Shown one piece after another: positions 17,218-26,229 of a stretch of 46,034 nt of DNA. The notes beneath the pieces were generated by a model that did no database searches, had not been told where the DNA came from, and worked only from the letters and a program-made list of their open reading frames with translations. Source of the stretch: a virus. Location: IMG/VR virus record IMGVR_UViG_3300005828_000059. The stretch is one strand, 5' to 3'. The translations under genes were made by a program, and so were the position numbers. The number at the start of each line of letters is the position of its first letter. Position 1 is the stretch's first letter.

Positions 17218-20200
17218 TCAGCCTCTTTCCATCGCAACAACCCCATTCGGGATAGCAGCCAGGATTGTAAGCGGAAGCGGCTTTTGCTGTCGGATAACGA
17301 AGCTGCCCTGCGTACCCCAGCTACCGTCGATGACGACCTTCAGCAACCCGGTGACCACTCCGGTACTCGGAGTCAACGTCGGATCGGACTCTCGCAGATT
17401 GTTAGCGTCTGGCCCAATCATCACGGGCCCGGACGACTGCACAAGGACCGACACCGAAGTCACGATCTTCTGCTTGTCGCGTATTGTCTCGCCTTGCACC
17501 GTGTCGAGATCGAGGGTCTCGGCTTCTGCGGTGTATCCGAGCCCGCCGTGAACGAAAGCGTATGGCTTGCTGAGTGTGATCGTCCCGCTCGACACGACAG
17601 CTGTCTCATACTCGCCGTCACCGAGCACAGAGATCAAAGCGCTCTCCAAGTGCTCGAAGCCCGAAACCTGCTTGACAGCTTTCGCCCACGACGTTGTCGC
17701 AACTGCCTGGAACTCTACCGGTACGGTTATCTCGGCATACCCGCGCATCTGAGTGCTGCTCACGTAGGTGCCGAAAATGATCTTCGACTTCAGCCCGGCT
17801 ACCGGCAACAGCATGACGCCGTTATCGACATCGCCCGGTGTAAAGTATGGCGCACTCGCAGTAACGAGAAGCTCGTCTTCGAGAGTCCAACCTCCACCAA
17901 CCGAAGTAACCGTCATCGTAAGCGCACTTAGGTTAGTACCATCATACGTGCGCGAGGAGTCCACGAAAATTGCATCTCGTTGAACGTCAGTGAATTGGCG
18001 AGACGCAAACCGCTCGATGTACTTCTTGTACACTCCGTTAATGAGACGTCGCACAAGAATGTAAACGGCATCCTCGGTCCCTTCCGGCACCACGCATACG
18101 TCGAGAACTTCACCTTGAGTATCGTGTCGATGCCATCCCCAGATGTCGTGCTCTCGAAGATAAGTCAGCCCGAGCAAGGTTCCGTCCGAACGGACAGCCC
18201 AGATCACACTGTCGGGAACCTCGGCATAATCCATTCGCACAAGCGTGTAACCCTGGAACAAATGAGCGGCGTACACCGATAGATCTTTTCCGCTATATCC
18301 ATCGCTGGTGATCTCGTACTTGAGGTCGCGCACGAAACTGCCACGCGCTTGTGTGTAAACCACAGAATCCCCGACAACGACCGGAGCGATAGTCGAGATT
18401 CCGCTGGTCCCCTGTGAGAGCGGATTGATCTCACCAGGACGCAGAACGCCATCGGTCCCACCTTGGATCTGCCATTGCCCGACCGACGTGAACACGATCA
18501 GTGTTCCGACGTCAGTGTAGTAGCGGATCTCGTTGTTCTTCGTTCCTCGCTGACGCCAAGTGATCGCATCATCGGCCTGCGACGGATTGCTCGTCGAGAA
18601 ATTCCGAGGGTTGCTGGAGCGGCTTGCGAAGTTTACCGCAGGATCGTTGTACGTGTTCCCGAATAACAGTCGCTGTTGATAGTACCCCACCGCTGCGGGG
18701 TAGTCCCCCGCGCGGGAGAATAGCTCGCGCCTATCGGGCGGGGTGGAGTCAGTAGCGGGGACTTTGCCGTCATCGACGAAGCTCGCTCCGCGCGCGGTTC
18801 CGATATAGCCGAAGACACCGTTCACGGCTTTGTAGACGTTGTACTCCAGCGTGTTCTTCGCATCTGCCGCAGTCCACGTCAGCGTGATCGGAGATCCAGA
18901 GGTCGCCGTATTGATCGACTTCCCGCAAGCCAGCTGTACTTTGCCGGACGTGAAAGCACCTCCGCTAGTCTCTTCGTTGACGACGTCGAAAGTCACGCCA
19001 CTCAATCCGGTGATCGCGAACTCGCGCTCGCTGAACTCATCGGGACCGACGACTTCGGTAAACCACACTGAGTCCCCGAGAGCCCAGCCGGTTGTTGCAG
19101 CAACGGTTCCGCGCCATGTCGTGCCACTGACAACTGCGAGCCCGGTGAGCGTCTTTACCGCTTCCATACCGGCATAGCTTTCTTCGTAAGTCTCTTTTGC
19201 GACTGCGGTAACCTTGTAGTAGGTATCGGCCCCTGCCGTCCCGCCGGAGGTCGCCAAGGACGTCGGCTCCGCGATATCCGGCGAGATGTCGAACGGAACA
19301 ACAGACCACCAGTAGGTGCCGTATCTTCTGATCTCGTAAACCGGATAGTCCAAATCGACAACTATGATGACGTCGTCTTTTTGGACATACGAAAACCGAT
19401 AGACGTCGTCATGCGACCAGGGAGTCTCGCACTCGAAGATATTATCGATAAGAGCATGCCACCAAGTCGGGCTGATGTCCGGCTGGTGTCCGGTGTTCGA
19501 GTCCGCAAGCGAGACGTAAGTCACCCCACTGTAGGTGACAGAGTCTCCCCCGGCATAAGTAGTGCCCCCGTTGTAGGCGCCGAGTGGAGCGACATCGAGG
19601 CGAACCCCTGCCTGAATGACGCGCATGTAGTAGTCACCCAGTTCGATCACATACGTTTGCGCGTCATTGAAAACGAATTTGATCAGACGTGCATCTTTCG
19701 CCGAGTCCTTCACCTCGCAAACAAAAGATGCCCCTGGGCGATTCGCAATCCCGCCGCCCTTCTGCACGATGAAGTTGCGGCAGGTGCGAAGACCGGTCTG
19801 ATACTTAGTTTGATCGGTCCGAGCCCAGACCCCCGGATTCAATTCCCCGCCAGCGAACGATCGTTGAATTGCGCTTTGACTCATGCCCATCACCAGTGAG
19901 TTAAGTATCGGATCTATCCTCGTGCCTTGCTGCGGAGGCCCGAGCGATTGAAGCTTGAACGCAGCAAACCCGCCTCGTGCAACAATCGGAACGTATCCGA
20001 CGAATGCGAGGCGGCCGGACTCCGGTGCAACAACACGAGAGACACCGGGCGTATACCCAGTTAACGTAATGCGACCTGATGCAGGTCGTATCGTGTTGCC
20101 TTGGTCGATCAGCGGCGTATAGCCGGTTAGCACTAGGTGGCCGGTTGACGGGAACACCGTCTTGCCAACCGTTGGCGCGTAGCCGGTAAAAGCTAGATGC

Positions 20201-21225
20201 CCAGTCGTAGGCTCGATGTCGGTTCCGCCAGTAACATAGCTATACGTGTCAAACGAAGTGTTGTTCGTCTGATTCGTTCCGTTGTTTTTTGGATTCCGGC
20301 GATAGATCGTGACAGAGGGATCCTTGATCTTCGAGTAAACCTCGACATACGGTTGATTCGCACCCATCGGGTACCAAAAATTGTAAGGATAGCCACCTAC
20401 TCCGGGCACATAGAAATTCGCGCTCGCTTTGACTTCACGCTGGTATGTTAGCGGTAGGGTCGTCCTTGTAATCGTGGGAGTGCTGTAAGGAGATCCTAGT
20501 GTCCCAAGCGGAGCGAGATAGGTTGATACGGCTCTGCCATATAGCACTAAGTAGTACCAGTTGTAGTGCACGAGAGAAGCGACTTGCTCATTGTTGAGAA
20601 TGCAAGTCATCTGTTTAGTACAGTGATCTCCCAATACTCTGTCTGAGAAGCCGGCCCAGTCCCGATCGTACCAAAACCACTTTACAGAATAGTCTAGCTT
20701 CCAGATCTCCCAAGACGTGTTGAGTACGGACTCGGGTAGCGACACAGTCGCGATATTCGAGTACCACCCGCCAGCAAGATACCCAGAATAATTTCCTACA
20801 AACGCCGTTGCTTCTGCGGCTACCGAAAGATTCTCTGTCGTTTGATCGTAATCGTCGGGCCAGACAACGGTGCCGAATAAAGTGCCGTCTTTGTCTTGCC
20901 ACTCGAAGACGAGCCGGACATCCCAAAAACCGAGCGAAGGAAACGTGAAGTTGCGAGAACCGTTGACGTAGGTATCGACTACATCTCCGATATCGGCCCA
21001 CGCACTGAAGGTGCCGGTGGTCCAGCCGGTCAGCCCGGTATTTCGGTAGTCGATCCGTGCTCGATACTGACGACGATACCAACGGCTAGCGCCGTTGCCT
21101 CGCTTGCTCTTAACGCGGAAGTTCGCAGTAACGCTTTCGGCGATTCCAGGAAGCGTGTAAGCAGCGCTAGTCCAAGATCCCGACCCTACATCACCGCTAG
21201 TGTCTCCGACAGATACAATCGGCAC
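17218..21225 (-). CDS. Large tail structural protein (1,335 aa), nozzle/tail-tubular-B-like, with an N-terminal extension
   Basis: GTG start with GAGG upstream. The protein is beta-rich. The segment ...RTDQTKYQTGLRTCRNFIVQKGGGIANRPG... resembles podovirus nozzle proteins from memory. Four repeats of ~17-18 aa lie at residues ~337-417. Confidence 0.55.
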   Translation of the reverse strand: MPIVSVGDTSGDVGSGSWTSAAYTLPGIAESVTANFRVKSKRGNGASRWYRRQYRARIDYRNTGLTGWTTGTFSAWADIGDVVDTYVNGSRNFTFPSLGFWDVRLVFEWQDKDGTLFGTVVWPDDYDQTTENLSVAAEATAFVGNYSGYLAGGWYSNIATVSLPESVLNTSWEIWKLDYSVKWFWYDRDWAGFSDRVLGDHCTKQMTCILNNEQVASLVHYNWYYLVLYGRAVSTYLAPLGTLGSPYSTPTITRTTLPLTYQREVKASANFYVPGVGGYPYNFWYPMGANQPYVEVYSKIKDPSVTIYRRNPKNNGTNQTNNTSFDTYSYVTGGTDIEPTTGHLAFTGYAPTVGKTVFPSTGHLVLTGYTPLIDQGNTIRPASGRITLTGYTPGVSRVVAPESGRLAFVGYVPIVARGGFAAFKLQSLGPPQQGTRIDPILNSLVMGMSQSAIQRSFAGGELNPGVWARTDQTKYQTGLRTCRNFIVQKGGGIANRPGASFVCEVKDSAKDARLIKFVFNDAQTYVIELGDYYMRVIQAGVRLDVAPLGAYNGGTTYAGGDSVTYSGVTYVSLADSNTGHQPDISPTWWHALIDNIFECETPWSHDDVYRFSYVQKDDVIIVVDLDYPVYEIRRYGTYWWSVVPFDISPDIAEPTSLATSGGTAGADTYYKVTAVAKETYEESYAGMEAVKTLTGLAVVSGTTWRGTVAATTGWALGDSVWFTEVVGPDEFSEREFAITGLSGVTFDVVNEETSGGAFTSGKVQLACGKSINTATSGSPITLTWTAADAKNTLEYNVYKAVNGVFGYIGTARGASFVDDGKVPATDSTPPDRRELFSRAGDYPAAVGYYQQRLLFGNTYNDPAVNFASRSSNPRNFSTSNPSQADDAITWRQRGTKNNEIRYYTDVGTLIVFTSVGQWQIQGGTDGVLRPGEINPLSQGTSGISTIAPVVVGDSVVYTQARGSFVRDLKYEITSDGYSGKDLSVYAAHLFQGYTLVRMDYAEVPDSVIWAVRSDGTLLGLTYLREHDIWGWHRHDTQGEVLDVCVVPEGTEDAVYILVRRLINGVYKKYIERFASRQFTDVQRDAIFVDSSRTYDGTNLSALTMTVTSVGGGWTLEDELLVTASAPYFTPGDVDNGVMLLPVAGLKSKIIFGTYVSSTQMRGYAEITVPVEFQAVATTSWAKAVKQVSGFEHLESALISVLGDGEYETAVVSSGTITLSKPYAFVHGGLGYTAEAETLDLDTVQGETIRDKQKIVTSVSVLVQSSGPVMIGPDANNLRESDPTLTPSTGVVTGLLKVVIDGSWGTQGSFVIRQQKPLPLTILAAIPNGVVAMERG
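18884..18927. repeat. 44-nt near-identical repeat, copy in the tail gene. It consists of 32 nt exact, 2 mismatches, then 10 nt exact. The partner is at 40171-40214.
   Basis: GTGATCGGAGATCCAGAGGTCGCCGTATTGAT-NN-ACTTCCCGCA. It is read as ...KSINTATSGSPIT... here and as ...REVYQYGDLWISDH... in ORF 40033-40455. Confidence 0.9.
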
Positions 21226-21234
21226 AAGTCAGCC

Positions 21235-21690
21235 TCACGCGTTGATTGCATCAAACCAACCGTTACCCGGCGTAACGAGTACGAGAGGTGCGCCGTCTGG
21301 CGTCGAAGGTATATCTGCCGGCGTAGAATCCCCCAGGAAAGCGCCAATCAGCGGATCGGTGCGCCCCCACAGAGACCCCGACACATACATGACCGCGTGC
21401 CGCCAAACGGGAATCGAGCCTCCGCTCGCAGTCCACGACACGTTCGCGCTTGCGAACTTATACCCGTTCGTAACCGACGTTGCGACCTTCGACGCGAGAG
21501 CGGCTCCACCTGCGGTATATCCAAACCCGGCAGCGATCTCGTTCGCGGAAACGTCAGCCCATTCGTCATGAGCTTCATCGAAGGTGTACGTTGATGCCAC
21601 GAGCGCGAACTTCACAGTCGCGCTCAAAAGGTCATTGATGCTGACCCGGTCTACGCTAGCTTTGTAGAGATTGAATACGCCGGCTGCCAT
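21235..21690 (-). CDS. Hypothetical virion protein (151 aa)
   Basis: SD sequence GAGGGA upstream. Located between the adaptor-like and nozzle-like genes. Confidence 0.5.
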   Translation of the reverse strand: MAAGVFNLYKASVDRVSINDLLSATVKFALVASTYTFDEAHDEWADVSANEIAAGFGYTAGGAALASKVATSVTNGYKFASANVSWTASGGSIPVWRHAVMYVSGSLWGRTDPLIGAFLGDSTPADIPSTPDGAPLVLVTPGNGWFDAINA

Positions 21691-21694
21691 GATG

Positions 21695-22303
21695 TCATTC
21701 CCTCGCTCGAATGAATTCGGACTCGAACTCCGAAGGGAGATCGATCTGTGTCTCGTTGAGCGCTTGTTCGAGCGCTCGGTCCCGCTGAACCTCGTACATC
21801 TCCATGCAGGTCTTAGCGATTCCGTTAATCTGCGAGAGCGCTGGAGCTAGCTCGAAAGCCAGCGCCCAGGAAAGCGCGCTCTTCACAAGCGACGACATCC
21901 AGATAATGCTGCTTACGTCGTAAGTGATTTCGCACCATGCGTCAGGTTCGTCGGTGAAGATCAACAGCCCGGTATCGTCGTTGCCGACTGTGTATGCAGG
22001 TGGAATCGGATCTCGTCGCCCCAGCTTAGGACGTACAACCCTGCGGACCTTGAGGCAGCTTGTAGGGTATCGATAGCTATACACCCAATCGTAGTTGGGA
22101 GTTTCTTCGACGAGAGTCAGCTCGACATAGCGTTTCGCGAAAGGCCAATTCGCGTCAGCAAGAAACGTCTGCCGAACGTTGTCCCAGTGATAAGCGCAAG
22201 CGTCCTCCTCTTTTGAGCCGTCGCCTTCATCTATTGTGCGGCTCGCCCCGATATGGTACAAAGCGAGGTTCCACACCTGGACCTTCGTCGTGATGACAGC
22301 CAC
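21695..22303 (-). CDS. Head-tail adaptor or tail tubular protein A-like (202 aa)
   Basis: GTG start with GGAGGA 6 nt upstream. The N-terminal pattern VWNLALYHIGASRTI...WPFA and the gene position resemble gp11-type adaptors. This is a memory-based call. Confidence 0.4.
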   Translation of the reverse strand: MAVITTKVQVWNLALYHIGASRTIDEGDGSKEEDACAYHWDNVRQTFLADANWPFAKRYVELTLVEETPNYDWVYSYRYPTSCLKVRRVVRPKLGRRDPIPPAYTVGNDDTGLLIFTDEPDAWCEITYDVSSIIWMSSLVKSALSWALAFELAPALSQINGIAKTCMEMYEVQRDRALEQALNETQIDLPSEFESEFIRARE

Positions 22304-22306
22304 GGA

Positions 22307-22678
22307 CTATCCTCCGAGCGTTGTCTTGTATCCGCTACCAGACCCACCGAGGTTCGTCGGTGGAATTCCTCGAGGCCCGGTGAACGAAAACCTATCAGCA
22401 CCAGCGGCCGCCGCTTTCTGCTTCTGACGGTCGCGCGCAGAGGTCGCTTCCGCTTGCCCTTGCATCGTCTGCTGAGGTGGTGCAGGAGGCTGCATACCGT
22501 AAGCCTTGAGAGCGTTGTTGCGCGCGCTCTCAGCCGCTTTACGGGCTTCTGAGGACTGTTGATAGCCCATCGCAAGCCCGGCAGCGCCAGCCCCCAGGCC
22601 AATCGCTGCTGCAGTTCCGAGCCCGGCTCCACTAGCCCCGAGCCCGGTCAACAAGCCAATACCTGCGGAGATTGCCAT
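22307..22678 (-). CDS. Gly-rich membrane-active or internal virion protein (123 aa)
   Basis: SD sequence GAGGAG upstream of the ATG at 22678. The N-terminus is MAISAGIGLLTGLGASGAGLGTAAAIGLGAGAAGLAMG, followed by a Q/A-rich region. The architecture is similar to 16713-17207. Confidence 0.5.
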   Translation of the reverse strand: MAISAGIGLLTGLGASGAGLGTAAAIGLGAGAAGLAMGYQQSSEARKAAESARNNALKAYGMQPPAPPQQTMQGQAEATSARDRQKQKAAAAGADRFSFTGPRGIPPTNLGGSGSGYKTTLGG

Positions 22679-22692
22679 CTCTGTTAGCTCCT

Positions 22693-23493
22693 CTACGGTA
22701 AAGCCGCAATTTCCGAAATCAAAGCACTCCACAAAGCCACTGATTCTTCTATCTCGGCAGCTTTTGTCCCGAATCCCATGTCATGCTGATCGGCTGCGTA
22801 CCAGACAGCCACCTCACACCCACCATCCCGTGCGTGCCGCAGCATTCGCGATGACCATGCATGCTGCACGTAGCGCGGCTGCGACCTGAAGCGCGGCTTG
22901 AGCACTCCAGTTTCAGTACACCAGACGGGTCGCTCCTCGCAACGGTAAGACCACATTGCTCGCCGCAGGTTATCCAGCATCTCTGGTATGCGATCCATCT
23001 CTAATACGCTAGATGGGTAGAGATGCACGCCAACCACGTCGATATCGACCCAGGGCTGCGGGATCGCATCTAGCATCCTAGACAGCCATTTGCATGCATG
23101 GCCGCAGTTCTGCGTTCCTTGCAGACCGCAGGTTATCACTCTGACCGGGTAAGCCTTCGCGGCCTGCCGCCATGCAAGATAGCGTTTAGCATACTCCGCA
23201 GCATCGTTCTTCCAAGGCCCCGTGTCACTGCACTCGTTGCCGATCTCGACCGCTACTAGCTTGTTACCGTAGAGTTGCAGCACGGTCGCGGGATCTTCAG
23301 CCGGATCGACGATCAGAATTGCCTTGCGGCTGGAGACAGCGTTGACCCAGGCAGTGCGAGCCGCTTCACCTATTAGCTCAGGCGAGCGAACGTACTCCAC
23401 CTGAAATAGCGACCAGTCATAAGACGGCGGATGCAGAGATCCGTCGGGATACTGATTCACCGGAGAAGCCAGCATATGCAGACCGAGTCTCAT
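22693..23493 (-). CDS. Clan GH-A (TIM-barrel) glycoside hydrolase (266 aa)
   Basis: VEIGNE gives the acid/base Asn-Glu pair and WCTETG gives the nucleophile Glu, about 100 aa apart. The ATG at 23493 forms an ATGA overlap with the tailspike stop. The track start at 23526 is an alternative. Confidence 0.6.
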   Translation of the reverse strand: MRLGLHMLASPVNQYPDGSLHPPSYDWSLFQVEYVRSPELIGEAARTAWVNAVSSRKAILIVDPAEDPATVLQLYGNKLVAVEIGNECSDTGPWKNDAAEYAKRYLAWRQAAKAYPVRVITCGLQGTQNCGHACKWLSRMLDAIPQPWVDIDVVGVHLYPSSVLEMDRIPEMLDNLRRAMWSYRCEERPVWCTETGVLKPRFRSQPRYVQHAWSSRMLRHARDGGCEVAVWYAADQHDMGFGTKAAEIEESVALWSALISEIAALP

Positions 23494-25532
23494 GCGAATG
23501 TCGGCAGAGGTCCTGTCATGCGCCACGATCCGCCAGTGTGAATAAACTCCATCACGATGCGCTGCGCTGTCGCGCCTGCTGCAATGGTGCCCACATCGGT
23601 TCCGTCCTGCTTGTCGAAAACAGTCCCGAAGGCAATGCTACTCGCCGCTCCAGACGTGATGACGATCACGGTCAACCGCGCCCCCTTTTTGTTTCCGCCT
23701 CCAGGGTTTGCAATGGTGCCAGTGAATGGCGATCCACCGCTTAACGTAACCTCTAGGAGTTCGACGCCATACGCTTGCCATGTGAGAGTCGCTGCACCAG
23801 AAGTCAACGTTTCCTCGCGAGCGTACCCGGTGCCATAGACTACTTGCGCATCCGAGCTTGCGGGATTACCTCCGCCGATGTTGTATTGGAAGCGCTGCCC
23901 GGAGTACAGCTTAAACGGATTCCCCCCGATACGGACGTTTACTCCATCGGCTGCGTCCGTGCCCATGATATTCATCGGCGCGATCTCGATCCGCGAGTAC
24001 ACTGAATTGGTCTTGACCCGCTCGAACTTCGCCCGCGTCGAGCCGGCAGCGCCATCGTCCTGGCAATCCTCCATAGAGAGATACATATCGCCATTCAATC
24101 CGGCTACGCACTCGATCTCAGCGCCCGTGTAGTAGTGGGTCTGACTGCGCTTCACGCCCTCGAACCGTAGCGGCTTTACAGAACTCGTTAAAGTTGAAGG
24201 TTCTCCCACGATTGCTAGACGTTGATTGCGTTCGCTGTAGCCGCCTATGAAGCGATACCCGCGGTTAGATGAATTCCTGATCCGCATCCACACTTCCGAA
24301 ATTATCTGGTTGTGATTGATGAACAGGTGCGAATCGCACGAACCAGCGGTGTTGAATGCAGCCTTGAACGGGGAGGCCCCGTTACTGTCTGCAAGGAAGG
24401 TGCCCAGGTGAAACTGCACCGTGCGCGCCTGCGTGCCCGGCACATAGGTATTCGACAGCGTGATGGTCGTGCCGGATACGTCAGTCACGCGAGTGGACTC
24501 CGGGAAACCGAGCGTCGGCAGCGACGTCACATCCACGACGCGCATGCCCTTACGCACTAGCGCGGCATTGGCAGCACTCAACGTGATTTGGTTGCTGGCG
24601 TTCGTGCAGGTTACGCTTGCCTGCCCTGGGCAATTCTGTGCGAGCTTTGTTTCGATCCCAGTCATTGAGTCTACATTGTAGAACTCTTCGATTCCAAACA
24701 TGACGGTATCGAAGACGACGTTGTTAAGCCTGGTCGTGGTGGAATCATCCAGCGCAATCCCGGATAGTGCATTGCATAACCATAGGTTGCTGAACTCGGT
24801 GTTGTACATCACATCAGACCGACCGGCAGAAACGCCACCTACTTGTAGCAGTCTGTTTTGCGAAAAGAAGAAACACTTTGTTGACGCTGCCTGCGTTGGC
24901 AATGCCGATGAGATAGTCACATCGGATGCGCCCACATTCGTTACAGTCGTCCACCAGTCGCGCCCGTTGTCCAACACGATCAGGCACGCGCATCCTTGCG
25001 TGACGCCAGCAACAGAATTGACGCTAATGACGGTCTGCCCCGCCGCTTCGGTACCGTTGACTGTCGTAGCGAGCAGCAGTTCGATGCCCGGTCCGATGAT
25101 CTGCATATTGCTCAGGCGCGGGAAGCCCATCAGGGACACATCGGAAGGATACCAGCGGAATCCCGTCGAGTTCCCGGCACCGGTGAAATGCACCCGCGTA
25201 TTCATGACTCCTGCTCCACGGATTGCTGGTGCGATAATCCGATCACCTGTGCCAGCTAGGCCACCTCCAAGGGTGCTTGTCGTGCGCAAGCCGCCACTGA
25301 TGTCAATAGGCGACGTATTGTTTACGATGATGTCGCCGGGTGGAAGGAGAATGGTTCCGCAAAAACCACGAGCGGCGATGTCTTCTGCCATGTCCTGAAA
25401 ATTTGCGAACTGATCTGCGGTCGAATCGGAACTGATCCCATAATAAGATGCTGGGATATAGTCGTCCCAAGGAATTTTGACTTTCGCGCCTTGCCCGGTC
25501 TGAATGACATCTAAATACGACTCAAACGCCAT
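23490..25532 (-). CDS. Tailspike/depolymerase-like protein with a predicted right-handed beta-helix (680 aa)
   Basis: SD sequence AAGGAGG upstream. The N-terminal GTILLPPGDIIVNNT motif is typical of pectate-lyase-fold tailspikes. The composition is rich in Ser, Thr, Gly and Asn. Confidence 0.6.
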   Translation of the reverse strand: MAFESYLDVIQTGQGAKVKIPWDDYIPASYYGISSDSTADQFANFQDMAEDIAARGFCGTILLPPGDIIVNNTSPIDISGGLRTTSTLGGGLAGTGDRIIAPAIRGAGVMNTRVHFTGAGNSTGFRWYPSDVSLMGFPRLSNMQIIGPGIELLLATTVNGTEAAGQTVISVNSVAGVTQGCACLIVLDNGRDWWTTVTNVGASDVTISSALPTQAASTKCFFFSQNRLLQVGGVSAGRSDVMYNTEFSNLWLCNALSGIALDDSTTTRLNNVVFDTVMFGIEEFYNVDSMTGIETKLAQNCPGQASVTCTNASNQITLSAANAALVRKGMRVVDVTSLPTLGFPESTRVTDVSGTTITLSNTYVPGTQARTVQFHLGTFLADSNGASPFKAAFNTAGSCDSHLFINHNQIISEVWMRIRNSSNRGYRFIGGYSERNQRLAIVGEPSTLTSSVKPLRFEGVKRSQTHYYTGAEIECVAGLNGDMYLSMEDCQDDGAAGSTRAKFERVKTNSVYSRIEIAPMNIMGTDAADGVNVRIGGNPFKLYSGQRFQYNIGGGNPASSDAQVVYGTGYAREETLTSGAATLTWQAYGVELLEVTLSGGSPFTGTIANPGGGNKKGARLTVIVITSGAASSIAFGTVFDKQDGTDVGTIAAGATAQRIVMEFIHTGGSWRMTGPLPTFA

Positions 25533-25544
25533 GATAAGTCCTCC

Positions 25545-25778
25545 TTACAGCTGGTCTTCGTCGGCGATGCGCGCGTCGGAATACGAATCGTTTTGAGCTT
25601 CTGTCGCGGTCTGCACCGTCTGCGGGCGCAAACGCGCAGACTTCGCGATAGGTGGATCCTCGACGTATTCCATCCAGGATCCGAAATCTTTCTCACTCTG
25701 GATCTCGAAGACTGCGCCCTCACGCTGACGCCGGTTATCGTAGACCCCGAGACGGATTGCGCGAACCATGATTCCCAT
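25545..25778 (-). CDS. Hypothetical protein (77 aa)
   Basis: GAGGAG lies 8 nt upstream of the ATG at 25778. The ATG at 25784 is only 2 nt from the SD. Confidence 0.5.
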   Translation of the reverse strand: MGIMVRAIRLGVYDNRRQREGAVFEIQSEKDFGSWMEYVEDPPIAKSARLRPQTVQTATEAQNDSYSDARIADEDQL

Positions 25779-25790
25779 TGTCATATCTCC

Positions 25791-25830
25791 TCAGCGGTTG
25801 TCAGCGGTTGTCAGCGGTTGTCAGCGGTTG
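25791..25830. repeat. Perfect tandem repeat: 4 copies of the 10-nt unit TCAGCGGTTG (CAACCGCTGA on the coding strand)
   Basis: Read directly from the sequence. Copy 4 contains the stop codon of ORF 25821-26153. Copy 1 abuts the SD of the next gene. Confidence 0.95.
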
Positions 25831-26153
25831 GGTTGCCAGATGATCGCGACACGCTCGTCGTCGGTCGCGCTGGAAAGAGCGGCCGTACATGCCCCGGCGT
25901 CATTGACGACATCGCCAAGCGGGTACACGCCAGCTGCGAGCGCAACGGGGAGCACGAAATTCGCTGCAGCGATAGTGCCGCCGCTGTTCCGCTTGTTGAA
26001 GCCTGCGATCGTCAGAGTCCCTGCGAGCGCGGTATGCACTACGATCGCGTGAACTCGAACATCCCCCGCTGCGCTGCTTCCGCCGACAGCGATTGCTCCC
26101 GTGCCGTCGAGAATCTGCATATAACGACGCGGGGATGAAATCGATCCTTCCAT
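25821..26153 (-). CDS. Hypothetical beta-rich head-associated protein (110 aa)
   Basis: SD sequence GAGGAG 8 nt upstream. It is the first gene after the post-capsid terminator. Confidence 0.5.
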   Translation of the reverse strand: MEGSISSPRRYMQILDGTGAIAVGGSSAAGDVRVHAIVVHTALAGTLTIAGFNKRNSGGTIAAANFVLPVALAAGVYPLGDVVNDAGACTAALSSATDDERVAIIWQPNR

Positions 26154-26176
26154 TTCTCGTGCTCCTCTGCTTGAAC

Positions 26177-26204
26177 AAAACCCCGCGCTCTCTCGAGCAC
26201 GGGG
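26177..26204 (-). terminator. Intrinsic terminator/attenuator after the capsid-cement genes
   Basis: On the minus strand, CCCCGTGCTC-GAGA-GAGCGCGGGG forms a 10-bp stem with one G.U pair, followed by TTTTGTT. Confidence 0.6.
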
Positions 26205-26229
26205 TTTAGACTGAGCCGATCAGACCCCG

